Of a DNA stretch of 64,000 nt, positions 39,972-48,447 are shown piece by piece (positions within the stretch are counted from its first letter, which is position 1; the number at the start of each line of letters is the position of its first letter). The notes under the pieces were generated by a model. That model was not told where the DNA came from and searched no databases. It saw nothing but the letters and a program-made list of their open reading frames with translations. The stretch covers positions 32,001 through 96,000 of the forward strand of contig JBHLOY010000001.1 in NCBI GenBank assembly GCA_048939995.1, written 5' to 3'. This DNA is from Promethearchaeota archaeon. Its GTDB lineage: Archaea; Asgardarchaeota; Lokiarchaeia; Sigyniarchaeales; SOKP01. Position numbers and translations under genes: made by a program.

Positions 39972-41498
39972 ATGTTTATAGAAGAATTGAGTGGTATAAG
40001 TAAAGAAGGAGCAAAATCTTTAAAGTCGGCGGGAATTACTACTGTGGAACAATTAGCATGTTCAAAAGTTGATGAATTGCGTCTTATTAGTGGGATTAAC
40101 CAATCTCTTGCTTTAGATTATATTGCAAGAGCTAAGATGCTTTTAAATGTGAAAAAGAGGCCAAAAAAGGTTAAACCACTTCCCACACCTGAGCTTAAAC
40201 CTTTCTTTTCTGAAGAACATATGCAACAAATCCGAAACTGTTATCATAAGATAAAAAAACTAGAGGAGAAATTAAAAGATGATACATCAATAATTACTAT
40301 GGAAAATATCAATGATGTATATAAATATATCACTTTACTAAATGTGAATTATAAACTCTATAGCCAAATAAAAATCTTTAAGGATTTAGACATCTATCCA
40401 ACATTTTATGATACTATTGAAGAAAGAGATATAAAGATTTGGGACTTAAATTTCGAATGTGCTCGTGCTCTTTGGATTCTAGCTCAAGCCTATTCATTTA
40501 TGTCTAAAAACTATGAGGAGGAAAATATGATTCAAAATGCCGTATTATGCATGGTACAGTGCAGTAAGGCTTATAAGACAGCATCTTATTTTAGTACAGC
40601 TCATACTCGTCAAGAAGATATCGGTGTTTGCCTGTCTGCTGAATACCTTGAATTAAAATCGGAGGAATCACGATTCTTAGCTCAACATCTAGCTATTAGG
40701 ATTGAAGAGGAAGATAATAGAGATTATGGTCTTACTTCCAAGATGTATTCAGGATTGGTTGCTTTACTAAAACGTTTTTATTACTTAAAGCAACACGAAC
40801 CGAAGAAAATACAACAACTACAAGGTTTAATAAATTATTATTATGGAAAAGCTTGCTTAATGAGAGCACGTTCATTATCAAATTCTTCATTTAATCGAAA
40901 GTATTCCGAAGAGACTCAATTATTTCTTCAAAAAGCAAATTATTATTTTCTTAAAGCAGAAGGTATATGGGAGGATTTAGTTACTCAGTCAGAAGAGATA
41001 TCCGATGAACGTAGAAGGCAATTAATTGGTTATTTATCCTTAGTTAATAAAGAAATTATTGAGAATGACGTTCCTGCCATTAATGCCGCCGATGCTAAGA
41101 TGATAGAGAATCCCGAACCGATAATCATTATTCCAGAAAACGTACCTTTCATCGCTCCAAAGTCTACAATGTACCTAACAAAGTTTCCCTCAACCAAGCT
41201 TGAACAAAATGAATTACAAGAATTATTAAAATTCAATACAGATACAAAATTTAGAATAAATGAATTTGAATCACTTCGTAATGAAAAAGCTGCGATAGGA
41301 CGAGTAATCAAACAATTACAGTTTTTATATGATAATAGGGACATTGATATTAGCACTTTTTCTGAACTATTTGAAAAATATTCAAAAAAGGAAAAAATTG
41401 TTGAAGAAGCTTTACAAAAAGTCAAAAAAAGTCAAAAAAAGTCGAAAAATTCTCCTTTAAGTCAAAAATTTAAGACAACAAGTCCGGTTACTCGATAA
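39972..41498 (+). CDS. HhH + Bro1/ALIX-like domain + putative ESCRT-I steadiness-box hairpin
   Basis: IEELSGIS..LKSAGITTVEQLA (HhH); KYITLL..PTFYD..DLNFECARALWILAQAYS..LAQH..DNR..END; C-terminal AIGRVIKQLQFLYDNRDIDISTFSEL. Confidence 0.7.
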   Translation: MFIEELSGISKEGAKSLKSAGITTVEQLACSKVDELRLISGINQSLALDYIARAKMLLNVKKRPKKVKPLPTPELKPFFSEEHMQQIRNCYHKIKKLEEKLKDDTSIITMENINDVYKYITLLNVNYKLYSQIKIFKDLDIYPTFYDTIEERDIKIWDLNFECARALWILAQAYSFMSKNYEEENMIQNAVLCMVQCSKAYKTASYFSTAHTRQEDIGVCLSAEYLELKSEESRFLAQHLAIRIEEEDNRDYGLTSKMYSGLVALLKRFYYLKQHEPKKIQQLQGLINYYYGKACLMRARSLSNSSFNRKYSEETQLFLQKANYYFLKAEGIWEDLVTQSEEISDERRRQLIGYLSLVNKEIIENDVPAINAADAKMIENPEPIIIIPENVPFIAPKSTMYLTKFPSTKLEQNELQELLKFNTDTKFRINEFESLRNEKAAIGRVIKQLQFLYDNRDIDISTFSELFEKYSKKEKIVEEALQKVKKSQKKSKNSPLSQKFKTTSPVTR

Positions 41499-41578
41499 GA
41501 GTTAAAATTTTATGTTACTTTTATAAATGGTTTTTTATTACTATAATATACCATTAGAATGAGAACGGCGTAGTAATT

Positions 41579-42127
41579 GTGGACTGGGCTAATAAAGTAA
41601 TATCTATTATGAAGCAATATTGGTTTTATCTTATACTAATCCCAATCATTATATTATTTTTTTATAATAATATAATTTCAATTGTTTTAATTATTATCTT
41701 CTTATTTTTACTTATCATTTATTATTTCTTTTTTCTTAGTTTTAAAAAGAAAATGCTCCCTTTCATGAAAGAATATAAAGTAATTGAAGATCGAGCAATT
41801 GCCCAGGAACTAAATTGCACTTTACAACAAGTTAAGAATACAATGAAGAATCTCATCAATAAACAAGATAAGGAGCAATGGGTTATAATCTCAAATAATG
41901 ATCATTATATTTTTTTTAATGAGGAAATAGTTACTGATTTTATAATATTATATAAACAGGGCAAGAATGAAAAAGAAATATTTGAAGCTTTAAATCAAAA
42001 GGAAGAAATTTTTAAATCTAGGAGAGAAATTAAGATTTTGGCAGAGGAGTTAATGCGGCAGCATAAAATCTTCCAAAAAAAAAGAAGAGGCTCTGAAGAT
42101 AGGGTAACTACAGAAGTAATGGATTAA
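41579..42127 (+). CDS. Two-TM membrane protein with possible tandem winged-helix cytosolic region
   Basis: Hydrophobic hairpin, then IAQELNCTLQQVKNTMKNL and EKEIFEAL..SRREIKILAEEL. Confidence 0.6.
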   Translation: MDWANKVISIMKQYWFYLILIPIIILFFYNNIISIVLIIIFLFLLIIYYFFFLSFKKKMLPFMKEYKVIEDRAIAQELNCTLQQVKNTMKNLINKQDKEQWVIISNNDHYIFFNEEIVTDFIILYKQGKNEKEIFEALNQKEEIFKSRREIKILAEELMRQHKIFQKKRRGSEDRVTTEVMD

Positions 42128-42209
42128 TTAAACTTATAATCAAGAAAGTTTAAAAGTTTAAATAATCTGAGTTGAACTTTAAATACATCTCTCATATTAA
42201 GGGATATTT

Positions 42210-42935
42210 ATGGTGCTAAGCGGATTAGATATTTTACATAGTAGTTTTACTTTAGTCGCGGTTGTTATCTCAATTATAATTGGTTTAATTATTAGTTCGA
42301 AATATGTTAAAGTTAAACAAATCAATGTTCTTTTGATCGGTTTATTCTGGACAGGTTTAACATTTCCTTGGTTACCCACAGTAATTACTTTCATAATGCT
42401 ATGGTTTTCTGAAACTGGACTTACTGTTGAAGGATATATTGTTATTGGAATTATTATACTCCCTTTTACAGTTTTATGTGGATTGGCAGCGTTTACTAAT
42501 CTCTTAGGAGTAAAAAAGAAAGAACGACAATTAATTTTACTTTTGGTCCTAGTCTTCAATCTTGCGTTTGAAATAATTATCTTTTACTTTCTATTTACTA
42601 ATGTTTCTATAATTGCTACTTTAGTTCCTCCTTTTAACATTCAATGGAGTCCTATAAGTCAAGTGTATTTTATTATTAATTTAGCGTTTTTCTTAATGTT
42701 TGGTATCCTTTTTTCTCGCAGATCGATGAAATCAGAAAATCGAGAAATTAAATTCAAAGGAAAATTACTTTTTCTAGCATTCATCTCGTTCACAGTAGGC
42801 ACTGTTTTAGATTTTGCCATCTCAACGACTCCTACCTACATAATTGCTAGGTTAATATTACTGTCTAGTTCTATAGAATTTTATATAGGATTTCTATTAC
42901 CTGAACGAATTAAAAAACTAATTTTCAAAGAATAG
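42210..42935 (+). CDS. Stand-alone 7-TM membrane protein
   Basis: Seven hydrophobic segments; ends Y.GFLLPERIKKL. Confidence 0.7.
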   Translation: MVLSGLDILHSSFTLVAVVISIIIGLIISSKYVKVKQINVLLIGLFWTGLTFPWLPTVITFIMLWFSETGLTVEGYIVIGIIILPFTVLCGLAAFTNLLGVKKKERQLILLLVLVFNLAFEIIIFYFLFTNVSIIATLVPPFNIQWSPISQVYFIINLAFFLMFGILFSRRSMKSENREIKFKGKLLFLAFISFTVGTVLDFAISTTPTYIIARLILLSSSIEFYIGFLLPERIKKLIFKE

Positions 42936-43033
42936 CAATATTTTTTTCTTTCTTTTAATATTGAAGATTCTCTCTAAATTTGAGTTGCATAAAAATGTAA
43001 ACTGATAAAGAGATTTAAATAAGGATTAAAAAA

Positions 43034-44326
43034 TTAATCCCATTTTGAAGCTGCTTTTTGATTTACTGAACTATCATCATCTTCGGTATGGATTCTCTTT
43101 AAGTCTATATCTGAATAACCAGGTATCATATTAAGTAGTTGTCTTGTTGAATTTTTGATATCCTTAGATGAAGTTATATATCGTCCAATGATTAGTATAT
43201 CTGCTCCCATTTCGAGAGCATATCTTCCAGTAGAAGGTTCAATTCCTCCAGCAACAGCAATGAGTACACGATCTTTTCCTGAGGCTAATTTTTTATCTTT
43301 ATACAATTGCTTTATTTCAGGTACTAATGCCCATCTAGCTCGTTGTTCTGCATCTGGTGACTTTGATTCTGTAGCAAGTTCCACATCAATAGCTCTATGG
43401 AGAATTACTACATCAGGTATCTGCTTTAATAGTTTCAATTTACTAACTGGATCCGCAACTTCCATTGTATCTATAAAAGCATAAATTCCAAGTCTTTGAG
43501 CTTCCAAAATAAATTTGTCAAGAGAAGAGGCGGAAGCTAATCCACTAGCGACAACTGCATCTGCGGTAGCATCAAATGCAAAATCAACCTCTAATTTTCC
43601 AACATCTAGTGTTTTTAAATCAGCAACAATAAATTTATCAGTCTCTAGTTCTCGAATTTTTTTAATTGCTTCTACACCATATTTTTTTAAGAAAGGTGTT
43701 CCTATTTCCAAGAGGATCCTGTCACTTTTAGGTAATTGTTGTACCACTTTCATTTGATGGGAGAGTTCTGGATGATCTAGGGCGATTTGAAGATAGGGGG
43801 GTCTCCACAATCTTGGAACTCGTAGCCCAGCAACAGGATGCTTAGCACGATCTTTATCATAAAAGATTTTTTCTATAGGGGGATAATTTTTTAATGCTCT
43901 TTGGATAGCTAATTTTGTCGCCCCATAGTTATACTGATAAATCTTTCGATAATCAGTTGCGTCAGGGTGGATAAATACGCTTACAATTAACAACCAGTCA
44001 TCGAGTTTATTCATCGGAATTAGGTTTTCCTCAACAGCGTCAGCTATAGCTTTTGCCACAGCTGCTTGTGCAGGTCCAAATATTTTATTTGCTTCTTCCA
44101 TTTTAGAAACGGTGACTTTTGGGATAACAAGACTAACAGGTTTAGATAATAAATTTGGTCTTATGCATGCTAATAGTCCACCATGTCCAACGGAAGGCGA
44201 ACTCAATGCATTCGCAAAAGAAACTCCAACAGGGCCATCTTTTGAGCCGATAATTAAATCAATATGAGCGAGATCAGGAGCCTCTCCAATTAGAGCCTCT
44301 CCGATAAAATATTCCGGTTTTGCCAT
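43034..44326 (-). CDS. fae-hps: Bifunctional formaldehyde-activating enzyme / 3-hexulose-6-phosphate synthase
   Basis: GEALIG..AHIDLIIG, FGPAQAAVAKA, YNYGATK; LQIALD, EIGTP, ADLKTLD, HRAIDVE, AVAGG. Confidence 0.95.
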   Translation of the reverse strand: MAKPEYFIGEALIGEAPDLAHIDLIIGSKDGPVGVSFANALSSPSVGHGGLLACIRPNLLSKPVSLVIPKVTVSKMEEANKIFGPAQAAVAKAIADAVEENLIPMNKLDDWLLIVSVFIHPDATDYRKIYQYNYGATKLAIQRALKNYPPIEKIFYDKDRAKHPVAGLRVPRLWRPPYLQIALDHPELSHQMKVVQQLPKSDRILLEIGTPFLKKYGVEAIKKIRELETDKFIVADLKTLDVGKLEVDFAFDATADAVVASGLASASSLDKFILEAQRLGIYAFIDTMEVADPVSKLKLLKQIPDVVILHRAIDVELATESKSPDAEQRARWALVPEIKQLYKDKKLASGKDRVLIAVAGGIEPSTGRYALEMGADILIIGRYITSSKDIKNSTRQLLNMIPGYSDIDLKRIHTEDDDSSVNQKAASKWD

Positions 44327-44558
44327 ACAAAAACACTGTGCTTATCTTCTTTTTATTTTATTGTATTTTATGGATAATATGATTAATCCAATATCCACAT
44401 TAAATGAGAGTTAATTCTCTCTTAATAAAATTATGTAACGAATCATCTTAAAAATAGTATTAATAATCAATTTTGATGAGTATAATAAATTATAAATAGC
44501 GAAATTTTTTTATACATTAAGGTAGAAAATTTTTAAAACATAATTAGGGTGAGAAAAA

Positions 44559-44873
44559 ATTAGTAAAGTAACACTAAAAAGATATTCAATATCTCAAGGA
44601 AAAGATCCAAAAGATCCAAGAGAAGGCAATTTTTTAGAGATTTGCAATAAAGATTTTAGGAATTTTAAAGAGAAAGACGGAGATCAGATTATAAAACTGT
44701 TAGATAAGTTGATCAAAGCCCGCGAGATTAGAGGCAATAAATTAGAACCATTCAAGCAACAGAAGATCAATTTAATGAATGTAAAACATTTGATTCATGA
44801 GGGCAAAGAAAGAGAGGCTTTTACAAGTTTCTATAGGGCATTTCCATATTGTATGCCATATAGATCTCTCTGA
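44559..44873 (+). CDS. Hypothetical 104-aa protein with apparent ATT start (not in ORF track)
   Basis: Open frame SKVTLKRYSISQGKDPKDPREGNF...PYRSL fills the gap. GGTGA (44548-52) lies 6 nt before ATT, with an in-frame TGA just upstream. Confidence 0.55.
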   Translation: MSKVTLKRYSISQGKDPKDPREGNFLEICNKDFRNFKEKDGDQIIKLLDKLIKAREIRGNKLEPFKQQKINLMNVKHLIHEGKEREAFTSFYRAFPYCMPYRSL

Positions 44874-44879
44874 ACTTTT

Positions 44880-46202
44880 TTAATTTTTAAAATTTAATTC
44901 AATGTCTTTAGCTTTTTGATATAATACTTGAAGGAGATCTTTGTTTAGATCAGGGGTTTCAAAAATAATGTGCTGACAATCATACTTTGTAAAATCATTT
45001 TCGATAATCTTTATGTTAAACTCCTCTTTTTTTTCCCATAATCTCGAGCCTGGATAAGGAGTTGCTATAAAATAGTTAATTTTATCGTCTCTATTAAACG
45101 GTAAATTCTTAATATATTCAATAGTCTCTTTAAATGTTTCATTAGTTTCTCCAGGCAGTCCCAACACAAAATAAGCTTGGATAGGAATTTTGTATTTTTT
45201 TAAAGATATAATCCCTTTCCTCACATCATCCGGATTCTGATATTTCAAGTTTTGTTTTAAGATTTTGATGCTTGCCGATTCAATACCGGTAGCTACTAAA
45301 CAGCAACCTGCTTTTTTTAAAAAGTAAGCCTCATCTTCAGTTATATTATCTACTCTTAATTCACATCCCCAAGGAATATTTATGTTATTTTCAATGAACA
45401 TATTAAGGAATTTTTTGAAGAATTCTCTTGTAATATTGATATTGTCGTAAAAGTTAATATAATCATAATTTTGATATGAAATTATATCTCTTATTTCCGA
45501 AAGTATTGAATCTATGCTTCTAATCCTCACTTGTTTAAATAGATTTTGTCGTGAGCAAAAAGAACATTGATAAGGACATCCTCGATTTATAATGATATTA
45601 GCAACCTTATAATAGTTGAAAGAATTTTTTAATTTATATCGCGCTGGCGGGGGAATTCTTTCGAGATCAATTGGGTCTGGATGACCTGTAAAGATTAATT
45701 TACCATTTGAATTAATAAAGGCTAATCCTTTAATACCTTGTATCTTAGATTCGTAAAACATTGGTTTTTTTCTATTAAATTCTAATAAGAATTGCGTTAA
45801 TTGCAAAAATGATTCCTCCGCCTCTCCTATGCATATATAGTCAATATTTTTCTTGGAATGCAAAATTTCTTTATAAAGGAATGAAACATGTGGACCTCCT
45901 AATACAATGAATTTTTCATCACTATAATTCTTGATAATATCAACAATTCTAAGTACTAGGTTAAAAGTATTTGTCAGGGAAGTTATTCCGATTATAGTTT
46001 TATCCTTAATGTTTTCGATTATTAGATCTCTTAAACTAATATCATTCAAATCAGAAAATTGCTCTAAATCTAAAATATCTACATCTAATCCATATTTATC
46101 TAAAACAGCAGCTATGTAAAGAAGACCCAAGCTGGGTTCTCTAAAGAATTCAGTCTGATATTCTGAAGGTTTAGTTGTTTTAGGATTAATGAGTAAAATC
46201 AT
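44880..46202 (-). CDS. B12-binding radical SAM protein
   Basis: PSLGLLYIAA, VLGGPH, GEAE, RGCPYQCSFC, GIES, GLPGET, PYPGS. Confidence 0.92.
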   Translation of the reverse strand: MILLINPKTTKPSEYQTEFFREPSLGLLYIAAVLDKYGLDVDILDLEQFSDLNDISLRDLIIENIKDKTIIGITSLTNTFNLVLRIVDIIKNYSDEKFIVLGGPHVSFLYKEILHSKKNIDYICIGEAEESFLQLTQFLLEFNRKKPMFYESKIQGIKGLAFINSNGKLIFTGHPDPIDLERIPPPARYKLKNSFNYYKVANIIINRGCPYQCSFCSRQNLFKQVRIRSIDSILSEIRDIISYQNYDYINFYDNINITREFFKKFLNMFIENNINIPWGCELRVDNITEDEAYFLKKAGCCLVATGIESASIKILKQNLKYQNPDDVRKGIISLKKYKIPIQAYFVLGLPGETNETFKETIEYIKNLPFNRDDKINYFIATPYPGSRLWEKKEEFNIKIIENDFTKYDCQHIIFETPDLNKDLLQVLYQKAKDIELNFKN

Positions 46203-46203
46203 A

Positions 46204-47004
46204 TTAATCTACACTATGATTTTCATCGGTTATTTTCTCAGGAATATTAAATGATTTAATTAAAGAATTAATTTTACCTTCTTTACTAAACTTCTCTTCA
46301 GTAATTATAGGGATATTTAATACTATAGCTTCGTACTTTTCATAATTAGGAATAAAAAGCTCCAATCCTTGTATAGCACGATCCTTTACAACAAAACGTA
46401 TAGAATAATTACGATCATTAAAAAATGTAAATCCATTATTAAGACGTCCCATTTTTACAAATTCTTTATTTATGGTTTCTTCCTTTAGAAAAGTTTCTGT
46501 AACTTCTTCTTCTGAATATAAGATACCACCTATTATTACAAATATTCTTTTAAAATCCTTAGGGAGATGATAATTTTTTATGGTTTCAATTGCATTTTTT
46601 AATCGTGGGTTGTGTATTATTAAATCTCCCGTAGTAGAACTGGATTTAGTTTCAATAAAATCACTTTTCTCAATAATTCTAGCTCTTCCTTCTCCCAATG
46701 GTTTGTTTAAGATTTCTTGATACTCTATATCTTCTGTTGTATACATGTTTAAAGGATATATTCGATAAAAAAGTCTAAGTTGTTTCCGAAGCATATTAGC
46801 GAGGATTCCACCAAAAATTTGCAGTTTTAAGGCACTATTTGGGCCATTATAACTCCAAATTCTTTTAGTGTCATGATCTACTAACAAATAGACCTTATAA
46901 CTGTTATATTCAGTTAATATATCTCTTACAGTTTCTCCTTCTGTAACGTCTACGGTCAGAAAAAATGGGCTCTCTCGCAATTCAAGAACTTCAAAAATTT
47001 GCAT
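46204..47004 (-). CDS. Single gelsolin-like domain plus Asgard-specific C-terminal domain (1DGelX-like)
   Basis: KVYLLVDHDTKRIWSYNG..S; C-terminal KRIFVIIGG.LY...YSIRFVV..IQGLELF. Confidence 0.65.
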   Translation of the reverse strand: MQIFEVLELRESPFFLTVDVTEGETVRDILTEYNSYKVYLLVDHDTKRIWSYNGPNSALKLQIFGGILANMLRKQLRLFYRIYPLNMYTTEDIEYQEILNKPLGEGRARIIEKSDFIETKSSSTTGDLIIHNPRLKNAIETIKNYHLPKDFKRIFVIIGGILYSEEEVTETFLKEETINKEFVKMGRLNNGFTFFNDRNYSIRFVVKDRAIQGLELFIPNYEKYEAIVLNIPIITEEKFSKEGKINSLIKSFNIPEKITDENHSVD

Positions 47005-47163
47005 TTAACCAAATCCTAAATATTCTATAATTTTATAGGTAATGATCGTTAAAATAAATTTTATTATTTTTATTAAAATGAAAGAAAACGTTGCGAAATC
47101 AATAAAATTTTTAAATTTTAGGATATTTTTCATAGTAGTTCTCTCTTTAAAAGTTTGATATAT

Positions 47164-47571
47164 ATGAGTTCAGAGAAAAGAACATATAAGCTGAATATTT
47201 CTGGTGGAAAGACCGGTCCCGGAAAAGGTTTATCTAAATTAGTTGAAATTGATGAAAAAAAATTTAGATTTGAAGGAATGAAAATTGGAGATACGATTAA
47301 TGGAGGTCTAATAGGTTTCCCGAACTATGAATTTAGAATCACAGGTGGTTCTGATTCAAGTGGATTTCCAATGAGGAAAGATGTGCACGGTCCAGTTAAA
47401 AAAAAGATATTGGCTACTAAACGTGGAACAGGATATAAGCCTAAAAGAAAGGGCCAAAAGCGGAGAAAAATGGTACGGGGAAATGAAATTACTTTTGACA
47501 TGACTTTGATAAATCTTAGCGTCGTTACCTATGGAGATGTTGAACTGTTTAAAGCTAAAGAGGAAGAATAA
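47164..47571 (+). CDS. rps6e: Ribosomal protein eS6
   Basis: ITGGSDSSGFPMRKDV, GQKRRKMVRGN. Confidence 0.96.
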   Translation: MSSEKRTYKLNISGGKTGPGKGLSKLVEIDEKKFRFEGMKIGDTINGGLIGFPNYEFRITGGSDSSGFPMRKDVHGPVKKKILATKRGTGYKPKRKGQKRRKMVRGNEITFDMTLINLSVVTYGDVELFKAKEEE

Positions 47572-47601
47572 ACTTTTTAACTAATCTGAGATGATATAAC
47601 G

Positions 47602-47784
47602 ATGGTAAAGGTAAAGAAATGTTCTTTTTGTGGTTACGATATCCCTATTGGAAGAGGACATATGTATGTGAAACGTGATGGGACTATTTTAAATTTTTGT
47701 ACGCCAAAATGTCGTAAGGCAATGTTAAAATATAATAAAAACCCACGAAAAACTCGATGGACCTCATTTTATGGAAAACAATAA
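47602..47784 (+). CDS. rpl24e: Ribosomal protein eL24
   Basis: CSFCG.DI..GRG.MYV..DG..FC..KC..PRKTRWT. Confidence 0.96.
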   Translation: MVKVKKCSFCGYDIPIGRGHMYVKRDGTILNFCTPKCRKAMLKYNKNPRKTRWTSFYGKQ

Positions 47785-47937
47785 ACTGATTATTAAGATC
47801 AGTAAGGAAAATTTCCTTTACATCTCAAAAAAGCAATAAAGCTTATTGGAATCGTGAAAATTTTAATAAAACCATAAACTATCTTTTTAAGACGATTAAA
47901 CAAAAGAATTTTATAGTTTCTTTCCCCTCTAAATAAT

Positions 47938-48447
47938 GTGAAAAAACGATATTTCTTCTACATATTTTTGATAGTTACCTTAAGTCTTGAATTATTAATA
48001 ATTAAAGGGTATGCTAATCCAGTGGTAGGAGGATGGTCAGAAGATCCCATTACACGAACTATCTTATTAACTGGATTTTTCCTTATAGGTACTTCTATTG
48101 AATATTCAATATTTAAAATCCGTATAATATATAAGCAAAAAAACCGTAGGTTACTATTTTCTTGCTTTAAGATTAACATTATAACTTTTCCTCTCACTCA
48201 AATTCTTGCTTATATTATTTATCGATATTTATTTTATTTTTTCTGGATTTACATTTTAGTAATAGAAATTTTGGTGATATTTCTAGAATGGTCTCTGTTT
48301 AGAATTGAATTAAATAAAATTTTTCAAAACTCAATAATAAATCGTAATATTTTAGAAACAACGATAATAGCTAATATTGCTTCATTTTTGCTTGGACTTT
48401 TGGCTCTATTTTTTCCGTTATATCCTTTGTTTCAGATTTTTTTTTAA
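47938..48447 (+). CDS. Hypothetical multi-TM membrane protein
   Basis: IEY, N.ITFPL, EILVIFLEW, ANIASFLLG hydrophobic segments. Confidence 0.65.
   Translation: MKKRYFFYIFLIVTLSLELLIIKGYANPVVGGWSEDPITRTILLTGFFLIGTSIEYSIFKIRIIYKQKNRRLLFSCFKINIITFPLTQILAYIIYRYLFYFFWIYILVIEILVIFLEWSLFRIELNKIFQNSIINRNILETTIIANIASFLLGLLALFFPLYPLFQIFF

Noticed and set aside
42210-42935. Rhodopsin (schizorhodopsin or heliorhodopsin) call for the 7-TM proteins
   Set aside because: Neither protein has a retinal-binding Lys in TM7.
43034-44326. Fae-Hps fusion as a novelty
   Set aside because: It is a known bifunctional enzyme in methanogens and other archaea.
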